Position numbers and translations under genes: made by a program
Shown here: one piece after another, positions 55,428 through 64,000 of the stretch
Layout: every line of letters begins with the position of its first letter
Numbering within the stretch: position 1 is the first letter of the stretch
Assembly (NCBI GenBank): GCA_963763075.1
Contig: CAVXNF010000005.1
Span: forward strand, 210,984 to 274,983
DNA from: an uncultured Chloroflexia bacterium
GTDB lineage: Bacteria > Chloroflexota > Limnocylindria > Limnocylindrales > CSP1-4
DNA length: 64,000 nucleotides
Direction: 5' to 3'
Notes under the pieces: generated by a model
Seen by the model: the letters and a program-made list of their open reading frames with translations, nothing else
Told to the model about the DNA's origin: nothing
Databases searched by the model: none

Positions 55428-56432
55428 TCAGGCAGGACGGTTCGAGGTCGCTTGGCTGCCAACGTGCGGCGCCACTTGCGCCACCTCCTTCTTGGGGATC
55501 CGCCGGACCTGCCGCTCAGTGCTTGTCGGGTCGATCAGCAGACGGCCACGAAACCATCGCCACACAGAGACCGGGATCGCAGCAAGGACGCGCGGCAGGA
55601 GCTTCAAGCCGACCGATGTGCGGCCGTGCTTGATGTGCCACAGGGGGCGGATGGTGAAATCGACGAACATCGCCCACACTTCGTACGTGGGACGGTTCGA
55701 CAGGTAGTAGTACAGGTATCCAGCGAGCACCCGCCAGTTGCCATCGGGCCCGCTGCCCCACTCAGCAGCACGCTCGCCTCCCCTCGGCGCCCGGAGATGA
55801 AGCAGGCGAGCCTGCGGGTCGAAGACGAGCAGGGCGCTCGCGGCATTCAGCCGGTCTGAGAAATCCTCGTCTTCCCCATGCGTCAGGATGTTCTCGTCCC
55901 ACCCCCCGATGGCAAACGCACTTGCTACCCGAAGGCTGTTATTCGTACCAACGAAGGAAAGGCAGCTGGCGAACGCGGGCGCGTCCCACCCTCCCATCAT
56001 GAGTCTGTCGTACCACTTCACGTACCACTCTTTGGAGTCCGCGTCCCATTCGTACACCGGGCCTGTCACGCCATCCACTCGGTCGTCGGCGAAGTGTCGG
56101 ATGTGGTTCTCGACGTAGTCCGGGCCGACGCGACTGTCGTCATCAGATTGCAGGATGATGTCCGACCGACATTCCCGAAGCAATTGGTTCCTCGCCTTGG
56201 TGGTGCCGCGTAATTCTTGGTACACCACCCGCACTGGGAACGCGTGGCTCCAGTTGGTCGTCGGTATGGGCTGCCGCTTGTGGCGGGCCGTCTGGTCGAC
56301 GATCACAACCTCGTCAGGGAGGTGGGTCTGGACTGCCAGATCATCCAGGAGCGCGGCGACGTACGGGTAACGATCGAGAGTGGCGATGCCGACCATGATC
56401 GTGGGGAGGCGCCCGCTCGTGTCGATGCTCAC
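55428..56432 (-). CDS. Family 2 glycosyltransferase, intact
   Basis: LPTIMVGIATLDRYPYVAALLDDLAVQT...VVIVDQ...; DxD-like QSDDD. Confidence 0.7.
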   Translation of the reverse strand: MSIDTSGRLPTIMVGIATLDRYPYVAALLDDLAVQTHLPDEVVIVDQTARHKRQPIPTTNWSHAFPVRVVYQELRGTTKARNQLLRECRSDIILQSDDDSRVGPDYVENHIRHFADDRVDGVTGPVYEWDADSKEWYVKWYDRLMMGGWDAPAFASCLSFVGTNNSLRVASAFAIGGWDENILTHGEDEDFSDRLNAASALLVFDPQARLLHLRAPRGGERAAEWGSGPDGNWRVLAGYLYYYLSNRPTYEVWAMFVDFTIRPLWHIKHGRTSVGLKLLPRVLAAIPVSVWRWFRGRLLIDPTSTERQVRRIPKKEVAQVAPHVGSQATSNRPA

Positions 56433-57592
56433 GCCCCGATCCCTGCGATGGTGCCCGCTGGGGTGGCCCGCTCCGCAGCCTCCACGAGCGCGACCACCTC
56501 CGCGATCTGTTGCGGCGTCAGGGAGAGCGAGCACGGCAGGTTCAGCACGGTGTCGTAGAAGCGGGGCGCGCGCGTGATGCCGTGCGCCTGCATCTCCCGA
56601 TACGGCTTCTGCAGGTGGTTGAGATACCAGAGCGGGCGGACCTGGACCTCGGCCGCAATGCATGCTTCCAGGAGCTCGCGCTTCATGTCGGCGCTGTCGC
56701 ACAGGAGGGCGTAGAACCAGCGGTTCGATTCGCTCCAGGCCGGCTGGTCGAGGAGACGGGACGGGCCGAGCGCCTCCTGGTAGCGGGCGAAGTTCGCGCG
56801 CTTGATCGCGACCCGCTCGTCGAGGTTCTCGAGCTGCGCCAAGCCGATCGCCGCAAGGACGTTGTTCATCCGGTAGTTGTAGCCGACGCTGTTGTGGACG
56901 TACTCGAGGCCGTCCTCCTTGGCCTGCGTGGTCAGGTACCGGGCCTGGCGGGCGATCTCGTCGTCGTCGGTCATGATCGCCCCACCGCCGCCGGTGGTCA
57001 CGATCTTGTTGCCGTTGAAGCTCAGGCAGCTGATCGGCGCGAGGGTGCCGCACATCCGACCCTTGTAGCGCGAGCCCAGGCTCTCGCTCGCGTCCTCCAC
57101 GATCGCGAGGCCGTATTCCTCTGCCAATGCCAGGATCGGATCCATGTCGACCGAGGTGCCGAAGACGTGGACCGGGACGATGGCCGAGACACGCCGGCCT
57201 GTCGTGCGGTTGGTCAGCACGCCGTCACGGACGACGCACTCGTCGGCGAGGAAGCTCCGCACGCCCTCGACGTCCATGTTGCAGAACTCGTCGCAGTCGA
57301 CGAACACCGGCCAGGCGTGCACGTAGCGAACCGCGTTGACCGGGGCGATGAACGTCACCGTGGGCACGATGACCTCGTCGTCGGGCTGGACGCCCGACAA
57401 CATGAGCGAGATGTGGATCGCCGACGTGCCCGAGTTGCAGGCGACGACGTGCTTCACACCGAGATAGCTCGCGAGGAACTTCTCCATCTCCCACACGAAC
57501 TCGCCGTTCGCGGAGATCCAGCGGGTGTCCAGGCAGCGGGTGATGTATTCGAGTTCGCGCCCACCAAGGGACGGCTCGGACAGCGGGATCAT
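56429..57592 (-). CDS. DegT/DnrJ/EryC1/StrS-family PLP-dependent sugar aminotransferase (PseC/LegC-like), intact
   Basis: MIPLSEPSLGGRELEYITRCLDTRWIS...; PLP lysine region LSFNGNKIVTTGGGGAI. Confidence 0.85.
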   Translation of the reverse strand: MIPLSEPSLGGRELEYITRCLDTRWISANGEFVWEMEKFLASYLGVKHVVACNSGTSAIHISLMLSGVQPDDEVIVPTVTFIAPVNAVRYVHAWPVFVDCDEFCNMDVEGVRSFLADECVVRDGVLTNRTTGRRVSAIVPVHVFGTSVDMDPILALAEEYGLAIVEDASESLGSRYKGRMCGTLAPISCLSFNGNKIVTTGGGGAIMTDDDEIARQARYLTTQAKEDGLEYVHNSVGYNYRMNNVLAAIGLAQLENLDERVAIKRANFARYQEALGPSRLLDQPAWSESNRWFYALLCDSADMKRELLEACIAAEVQVRPLWYLNHLQKPYREMQAHGITRAPRFYDTVLNLPCSLSLTPQQIAEVVALVEAAERATPAGTIAGIGA

Positions 57593-57605
57593 GGGCGTCC
57601 TCGGC

Positions 57606-58571
57606 TTACGAGTTGCGGTACCGGGCCGCGTACGGGTCGGCGATCAGGCCCGTGGAGATGGCGTCTGCCACCTCGCGGATGCCGTCGCGCAGCCGCATCC
57701 GTGGAGTGAACCCCAGGGCGGCGATGCGCTCGAAGGAGACCCGGTAGTCCCGTGGGTCCTCGGCCCGCTCGACGTACTCGAGACGAACCGGAATCTGCTC
57801 GGCGACCGCCTCCGCGATCGCGCGCTTCTGGTAGTTCTCGTCGTCGGCGCCGACGTTGAAGACCCGGCCGGCAACCCGCCCCCGGTCCTGCTCCAGGATC
57901 ATGGTCACGGCGTTCGCGATGTCGCGCACGTGGCAGTACGGTCGCCAGAAGTCCGGCCCGAAGACCTCCAGCTCGCCCTTGAGCAGGGCATCGCGGGCGA
58001 ACTCGTTGATCGTCAGGTCGAAGCGCGGCCGGAGCGACAGGCCGTAGACGGTGGCGAAGCGCAGGATGGTGAAGTCCAGAGCCACCGAACGGGCCATGAG
58101 GAGCTCCTCGAACCGGACCTTCAGCTCGGCGTAGAGGCTGACCGGGCGGAGGGGTGCGTCCTCATCGAGGACGGCATCGGCCTCCATCCTGCCGTAGTTG
58201 CTGCAGGTGGAGGCGAACACGAAGTGCCCCACGCCGTGCTGATCGCTGAGCTCGAGCAGGCTGCGCGAGCCGTCCCAGAGCGTCTGGGTGGCGAGCTCGG
58301 GCTGTGCCTTGCAGGCCGGATCGCCGACGATCGCGGCGAGATGGACCACCGCATCGATCTGCGAGGCCGAGAACACCGCCTCCAGCGCATGGGGGTCGCG
58401 GACGTCGACCTTGTGGAACGAGAAATCCGGGTTGGAGAGCAGGTCCAGGAGCGCCTCGCCGCCGAACAGGAGGGCGTCCGCCGCGACGACGCGGTGGCCC
58501 CTGGCAAGCAGCTCGCGGGATACCATCGAGCCGATATAGCCGGCACCGCCGGTGACAAGAACCGTGCTCAC
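57606..58571 (-). CDS. NAD-dependent epimerase/dehydratase (extended SDR), intact
   Basis: VLVTGGAGYIGSMVSRELLARGHRVV (Rossmann fold)...YAELK (YxxxK); GGGGAGAG SD. Confidence 0.8.
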   Translation of the reverse strand: MSTVLVTGGAGYIGSMVSRELLARGHRVVAADALLFGGEALLDLLSNPDFSFHKVDVRDPHALEAVFSASQIDAVVHLAAIVGDPACKAQPELATQTLWDGSRSLLELSDQHGVGHFVFASTCSNYGRMEADAVLDEDAPLRPVSLYAELKVRFEELLMARSVALDFTILRFATVYGLSLRPRFDLTINEFARDALLKGELEVFGPDFWRPYCHVRDIANAVTMILEQDRGRVAGRVFNVGADDENYQKRAIAEAVAEQIPVRLEYVERAEDPRDYRVSFERIAALGFTPRMRLRDGIREVADAISTGLIADPYAARYRNS

Positions 58572-58707
58572 GAAGTCATGCTCTCCCCGATCGCGACCCG
58601 CGCCAGAACGCGGGTCCGCATCGTAGCAGGCGGGCTGCCCGGATCCGGCTGGCGAGACCTGCGTCGGGTCGGGGGCTGGTGATGGAGGCCACTGGGGACC
58701 CCTTCCG

Positions 58708-59304
58708 ATGGCACGAAGGCTGACGGACATCTGGCTCGCCCTGGCCGGCCTGGCAATCGCGGCGCCGTTGCTGGCCGCGATCGCCGTGGCCGTGCGCCTG
58801 CGTGACGGAGCGCCCGTCATCTACCAGGCCCGCCGGGCCGGCCAGCACGGTCGCGAGTTCCGTCTCTTCAAGTTCCGGACGATGGTCCCGGCCGGCGGCT
58901 CGTCGGTGACCATCTGGGCGGACCCGCGGGTGACGCCGCTGGGCCGGCGTCTGCGGCGGCTCAAGCTCGACGAGCTGCCGCAGCTGTTCAACGTGCTGCG
59001 CGGGGAGATGAGCATCGTTGGTCCGCGTCCGGAGGACCCCAGCTACGTCGCCCTGTATAGCGACGAGCAGCGGCGCGTGCTCTCGGTCAAGCCCGGCATC
59101 ACCGGCGTCGCCGCGCTGGAGTACGCCGACGAGGAATCGCTTCTGCGCGGCGAGGACTGGGAGGCGACGTACCGGCTCACGATCATGCCGGCCAAGCTCC
59201 AGCTAGAGCTGGACTACCTCGCCAGGCGGTCGGCCCGGACCGATGCGGAGCTGATCCTGCGAACGGCGGCGGTCGTGTTTGGTCACCTGCTCCCGCGCAG
59301 GTAG
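58708..59304 (+). CDS. Small bacterial sugar transferase (monotopic phosphoglycosyl transferase, PglC/WbaP-C-terminal type)
   Basis: Single N-terminal TM/re-entrant helix; ...FKFRTM...DELPQLFNVLRGEMSIVGPRPE... Confidence 0.85.
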   Translation: MARRLTDIWLALAGLAIAAPLLAAIAVAVRLRDGAPVIYQARRAGQHGREFRLFKFRTMVPAGGSSVTIWADPRVTPLGRRLRRLKLDELPQLFNVLRGEMSIVGPRPEDPSYVALYSDEQRRVLSVKPGITGVAALEYADEESLLRGEDWEATYRLTIMPAKLQLELDYLARRSARTDAELILRTAAVVFGHLLPRR

Positions 59305-59477
59305 CGTGCGCGCGTGAGGCGCCGGTCCCCGAGCCAGCGCGCACGAGTTAGGTGCGGTTGACGCTCGCCACGGCCCAGACCATGATTCGCCGACGCAGGC
59401 CAGCTCGGATCGCGGCATTGCCGGACGCCGGGACAACCATCAGGCAATCATGTGCCCGCGCATGGAGAGAGTGGCCA

Positions 59478-61091
59478 GTGGACGTCCGACACCTCCTCGT
59501 CATCATCCGCGCGTGGCTGCCGCTTCTCGTGTTGGCCGCGGTGCTTGCCGGGGCGGCCGGGTTCACCGCGAGCGCCCTCCAGCCGAACGTGTACGCCGCC
59601 CGCGCCTCCCTGATCGTCGGCGAATCCCTGTCCAACGCGAACCCCAACCAGGCCCAGCTCCAGGTCTCGCAGAGCCTTGCTGCCACCTACACGGCGATCG
59701 CCAAGAAGCGGCCCCTGCTCGAGAAGGTGTCCGCCGACATCGGTGGGGCCCTGTCCCCGGGCGAGCTCGACGGGATAATCGAGGTCCGGGCGGCGCCGGA
59801 CGTGCCAATCCTCACGATTGAGGTGGAGGACACCGACGCCGACCGGGCAGCCGTAATCGCCAACTCGCTGGCCGAGGCGCTGATCGCGGCGTCGCCGACC
59901 GTACAGGGCCGCGAGGAGGCGTTCATCCAGTCGATTGACGCGGCACTGGCCGACACCCAGGCCACTATCGAGTCGACCCAGGCGCGCCTCGCTGAGCTGG
60001 CGGCCCTCGGTCAACGGACCGCGGCCCAGGACGCGGAATTCCGGGCAGTCGAACAGCGGCTTGTCGACCTGCGCTCGACGTTCGCCACGTTGCTGGGCTA
60101 CTCGTCGGCTGACGCCTCGAACCGGATCGCGATCGTGGAGAGTGCCCTCCCATCTACCGAGATCGTTGCGCCGCGGACGCTGCTCAACACGCTGCTGGCG
60201 GTGGCCATCGGCGTGGCCGCCATCCTCGCCCTCGCGTTCGTCACCGAGCAGCTGGACGATACGGTCAAGGATTCGGAAACCGTACAGGAGCTCACCGGCC
60301 TCAGCACCCTGGGGACGATCGCCAGGCTGAAGAAGCAGCGTGGCCGCAGCGAGATCTACCGGCTGGTGGCGCTGCTCTACCCTCGATCCAGCGCGGCGGA
60401 GGCATACCGCGCCCTGCGGTCGAATGTGGAGTTCGCCTCAGTCGATGCTCCCTTGCGATCACTGCTGGTGACGAGCTCGTCCGGGAGCGAGGGCAAGACG
60501 ACGACGGCCTGCAACCTCGCGGTCGTGTTCGCACAGGCTGGTCAGCGAGTCCTGCTGGTCGACGCTGACCTCCGCCGGCCCGGCGTCCACGTCATGTTCA
60601 ACCTCGCCAACACCACCGGCCTGACCACGCTGCTCCGCGAGTCCCCGGCCGCCATCGACAGCGTTGCCCAGGACACCGAAGAGCCGCACCTGCGGGTGAT
60701 CACCACGGGCCCGCTGCCGCCCAACCCGGCCGAGCTGCTCGGATCGATGCGGATGCGCACCCTGATGGCCAGTCTCCTGGAGCGGGCGGACCTCGTGGTG
60801 TTCGACAGCCCGCCGGTGCAGTCCGTTGCGGACGCCGCGGTGCTCAGCACCTTGGTCGACGGCACACTGGTCGTGGTTGCGGCAGGGAGCAGCCGCAGGC
60901 GCTCGATCCGGCTCACCATGGAGACCCTCCAGCGGGCCGGGGCAAACGTGCTGGGCGTCGTGCTCAACCGCGTGTCGGCCAAGTCGGATCGTGGCTACGA
61001 CAGCTACTACGGCAGCAACGAGGCGGCGGTCGATGCGGGGGGGCAGGGCGCCGCGAGCGCCGCCGCGTCTCCGGGCCGCTCAACCTCGTGA
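59478..61091 (+). CDS. Polysaccharide co-polymerase/BY-kinase (Wzc-like; Wzz domain plus CpsD/CapB-type tyrosine autokinase)
   Basis: Two TM segments flanking a coiled-coil periplasmic domain; Walker A SSGSEGKTTTACNL; Walker B-like LVVFDSPP; C-terminal Tyr cluster YDSYYG. Confidence 0.8.
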   Translation: MDVRHLLVIIRAWLPLLVLAAVLAGAAGFTASALQPNVYAARASLIVGESLSNANPNQAQLQVSQSLAATYTAIAKKRPLLEKVSADIGGALSPGELDGIIEVRAAPDVPILTIEVEDTDADRAAVIANSLAEALIAASPTVQGREEAFIQSIDAALADTQATIESTQARLAELAALGQRTAAQDAEFRAVEQRLVDLRSTFATLLGYSSADASNRIAIVESALPSTEIVAPRTLLNTLLAVAIGVAAILALAFVTEQLDDTVKDSETVQELTGLSTLGTIARLKKQRGRSEIYRLVALLYPRSSAAEAYRALRSNVEFASVDAPLRSLLVTSSSGSEGKTTTACNLAVVFAQAGQRVLLVDADLRRPGVHVMFNLANTTGLTTLLRESPAAIDSVAQDTEEPHLRVITTGPLPPNPAELLGSMRMRTLMASLLERADLVVFDSPPVQSVADAAVLSTLVDGTLVVVAAGSSRRRSIRLTMETLQRAGANVLGVVLNRVSAKSDRGYDSYYGSNEAAVDAGGQGAASAAASPGRSTS

Positions 61092-61174
61092 CCAGCCCTG
61101 ACGCCGATGGCTCCGGCGGCGCCACCTTCCGCAGACCTCCTTCATGACCGTCTCCCTCACCGGCGTCGCGAGTC

Positions 61175-62441
61175 GATGAGGCTCCTGTATATCAACCACT
61201 ACGCGGGGGGCCCGGCGTACGGGATGGAGCACCGCCCGTACTACCTCGCGCGCGAGTGGGTTCGCCGCGGGCATGAGGTCCTGCTCGTTGGCGCATCGTT
61301 CGCCCATGTGCGCAACCACCAGCCCGTGGTCACCGGCCCCTTCTCCCGGGAGGAGCGTGATGGCATCCGGTTCGTGTGGTGCCGCACGCCGGCCTATACC
61401 GGCAACGGGCCCGGGCGCGTCGCGAACATCGCCACGTTCCTCTACCGATTGCGCCGCTGGCGAGGCTGGCTCGACATGGTCCCTGACGCGGTCATCGCAT
61501 CCTCCACGTACCCGGCCGACATGGGCGTCGCACGAAGGATCGCGGCAGCCCACGGGGTGCCGCTCGTCTGGGAGGTCCACGACCTATGGCCGCTGTCGCC
61601 GATCGAGATCGGAGGCATGTCCCGGCGACACCCGTTCATCGCCTGGATGCAGCGAGCCGAGGACGCCGCCTGTCGTGATGCCGACCTCGTGGTCTCGATG
61701 TTGCCGCTCGCCGAGCCGCACCTGCGCGAGCACGGCCTGCCTCCCGGCCGGTTTGAGTACGTGCCAAACGGGGTCGATCCCGAGGAGTGGTCGGAGGAGA
61801 CCGACCTGGCGGCGCCGTCGGTGCTGCCCCCCGGTCACGTATTGGCCATGGCTGAAGCTCGGTCACGTGGCGACCTGCTCGTTGGGTACGCAGGCGCCCA
61901 CGGGATTGCCAACGATCTCGATGCGCTGCTCGATGCAGCGACGCTGACGCGCGAAGAACCCGTGACATGGCTGCTCGTCGGCAACGGACCGGAGAAGCCG
62001 CCACTCGAACGCCTCGCGGCCAGTCGCGGCCTGCACCGGGTCAAGCTCCTGGACCCGGTGCCCAAGACCGCGATCCCAGCGCTCCTGCGCGGCATGGACG
62101 TTCTGTACATCGGCCTCCGGCCGGAGGCAGTGTTCCGTTTCGGGGTCAGCCCCAACAAACTGATGGACTACATGATGGCCGGCCGCCCGATCGTGAGCGC
62201 CATCGCCGCCGGCAATGACCCGGTGGGCGAGGCAGGGTGCGGCGTCACTGTCGCGCCCGGCCGTCCGGATGCGATCGCTGCCGCGGTGCGACAGCTGGCC
62301 GCCACCACCCCGGGAGAGCGGGACGCGATGGGCATGCGTGGACTTGACTACGTGCGCGCCCGACACACGTACCCGGTGCTCGCCACGCGGTTCCTCGAGG
62401 CTATCGAGGCCGTTCGTGCCGGACGCGGTCCCGGTGCCTGA
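61175..62441 (+). CDS. GT4 (GT-B fold) glycosyltransferase, intact
   Basis: N-terminal GT4-like domain (LLYINHYAG...); C-terminal ...LLVGNGPEKPPLERLAASRGL...MDYMMAGRPIV... Confidence 0.7.
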
Positions 62442-62759
62442 TGGCATACTCGTTTCGAGCGAGGTTGCGCCAGTTCGCCGAACGCGCGGACGCCGACGTC
62501 CTCATGATGGCCCCCGAGTGATGGCTGACATAGCGATCGCTGGCCGCGAGACCAGCTGTCACTGCGAGGATTGGCGCGTGGCCCGCTGGACGAGTGCGAT
62601 CGATGACCTGCAACGCGTAGTCGAGGCCCTCCGATTCGACTTCTCCCGGAGACGTGACCGACGAACCCGGTCCGACGGACTGCTATGAGCTCCGCGCCCA
62701 ACAAACCCCCGGGAAGCGAGCACGCTCATGTGCCAACGCGGCCTCGACCACATGTCGCG

Positions 62760-64000
62760 ATGGCGCTCTACGGCGACCTGACGTTCGACAGCCCGCGTCC
62801 GCAAGGAAGCGCGGACCCTTGCCGAGGCGGGCTACGACGTGACGGTCGCCTGTCTGGCCTCGCAAGGTGCATCCGGAGACCTGCCGCCCGGTGTGAAGGT
62901 CGTTGTCCTTGAACCTGCGCGCCTGTCGCCCACCCGAGGATCGCTGAACCCCTTCTTCCACCCCGCGCGCCTCCGCGGGGGCGCCACGCTACGTCGCGCC
63001 ACCTGGCTGTTTGCATTCGTCCGGGGCATTCGATCCTGGGGGCGACTGGCGGTCGCCAGTTGCGGCGACGTGGACGCCTGGCATGCCCACGATCTGACCG
63101 GCCTGATCGCCATCGCGCCGAGCCTTCCGGCGGGGGCACGGCTGGTCTACGACTCGCACGAGCTGTTCCTCGAGCAGGGAACCGCCCTGCGACTGCCCGG
63201 ATTCGCGCGACGCCTCCTCCGCTGGTACGAGGCGCGCCTCGTGTCCCGGTCCACCGCGGTCATCACGGTCAACGCCGAGATCGCGGCCGAGCTGCAGCGG
63301 AGGTATCGACCTCGCCGGATCGACGTCATCCACAATTGCCCAAGTGGCTGGTTTCCGCCACCGGCGCAGTCCTCCCTCCTGCGTGACTCGACGGGCATCC
63401 CTAGCGACTCGCTCGTCGTGCTCTACCACGGGGGCATCACCGCCAATCGGGGCATCGAAGCGCTGATGCAGGCGATCGGCAGCGAGCGGCTTCGGGACGT
63501 TCACCTCGTGCTCATGGGCTTCGGCGAACGGCAGGAGGAGTACCTGCGCGCGTCCCGTTCGGGCCCCGGACGCGACCGGATTCACTTCGCGGATCCAGTC
63601 AGGCCGTCGGAGCTGTTGACCTGGGTCGCGTCAGCCGACATCGGGGCGATGCCAAACCCAGGCCTGGAGCTCAACGACCGATTCTCGACGCCAAACAAGC
63701 TGTTCGAATGCCTTGCAGCAGGGACGCCCGTCGTGGCCAGCGACTTCCCGACGATGCGCCGCATCGTGCTCGACGATCCCGATGGCCCTCTCGGTGCCTT
63801 GTGCGATCCGACCCAAATCGACTCAATCGTCAACGCAATTCTTTCGATCGGTCGACTGGATCCCGCCGCCCGAAGCGACCTCCGAGCCCGTTGCCTCCGG
63901 GCAACCGCGGCGCGTTGGAACTGGGATCGCGAGGCGGACAAGCTCCGGGGGATCTATGCCTCGATCTTCGCGGAACGCAACGTGAGCGTGCGCGACGCCC
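62760..64000 (+). CDS. GT4 glycosyltransferase, 3' end beyond the window, one frameshift near 62800
   Basis: MALYGDLTFDS(shift)PRVRKEARTLAEAGYDVTVACL...; C-terminal ...LYHGGITANRGIEALMQAIG...VMGFGE...FECLAAGTPVVASD...; reads through the window end. Confidence 0.7.

Noticed and set aside
62520-62690. 56-aa ORF MADIAIAGRETSCHCEDWRVARW... in the 320-nt gap between the two GT4 genes
   Set aside because: No SD, no recognisable family, and it overlaps a longer alternative-frame ORF. It may be non-coding spacer. Kept in mind only because the local GC is lower.

Overview
This is a very GC-rich (about 70-73 %) actinobacterial-type chromosomal window, densely coding on both strands. The gene content that points to Actinobacteria is an F420-type LLM oxidoreductase, a MarP-like CvpA-protease, an MshD-like tandem GNAT and a fabD plus tandem KAS arrangement. 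All protein assignments below rest on motif recognition from established family knowledge; none was confirmed by a search. No rRNA, tRNA, CRISPR array, transposase or integrase was recognised.

From 5' to 3' the window contains:
- 1-620: a frameshifted C-terminal piece of a lysA-like PLP decarboxylase.
- 617-3322: a copA-type Cu(I) P-type ATPase preceded by a CsoR-like palindromic operator and carrying a C-terminal membrane-anchored cupredoxin domain.
- 3345-7822: a hotdog thioesterase and, on the minus strand, a FAS-II block of fabD followed by two tandem KAS I/II genes, with a divergent MarR regulator at 7926-8585.
- 8608-23865: a long co-directional minus-strand run. It holds an M20 peptidase, a small membrane protein, DUF1269, asparaginase, a DHOD-like flavoenzyme, the tandem GNAT, an F420-type LLM oxidoreductase, ilvD, an MFS transporter fused to a cNMP-binding domain, DUF885, the MarP-like protease, leuD and leuC.
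- 24302-25523: a gene-poor 1.2 kb stretch with a small XRE HTH gene and a candidate leader-peptide attenuator upstream of ilvB.
- 25524-35987: a plus-strand branched-chain/aromatic amino-acid block of ilvB, ilvN, ilvC, leuA, leuB and cimA, then a standalone LeuA-dimer-domain ORF, a methyltransferase and pheA.
- 36048-39765: a secreted BNR-repeat protein, a DUF853 HerA-like ATPase and a GlsB/YeaQ membrane protein.
- 39814-46670: a plus-strand operon of a formaldehyde-activating-enzyme (Fae) homolog, an MR/MLE enolase-superfamily enzyme, two aldehyde dehydrogenases, a HIBADH-like reductase and an Fe-alcohol dehydrogenase.
- 46707 to the window end: a cell-surface glycan locus of at least 17 kb. 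Its nonulosonic-acid (legionaminic/pseudaminic-type) module has a CBS-nucleotidyltransferase, a NeuB-like synthase, a CMP-sugar synthetase and a NeuD-family acetyltransferase. Around it are a DegT aminotransferase, an SDR dehydratase/epimerase, GT2 and GT4 glycosyltransferases, a phosphoglycosyl transferase, a Wzc-like BY-kinase and a fused ABC exporter.

About 45 single-base frameshifts interrupt otherwise conserved reading frames, including housekeeping genes. They are clustered: the segments around 25.5-33.7 kb and 55.4-62.4 kb are clean. This pattern reads as sequence error rather than biology, so many coordinates are approximate (within about ±1-30 nt). The candidates most worth a second look are the nonulosonic-acid glycan locus and the Fae-led operon; neither is established as novel from sequence alone.
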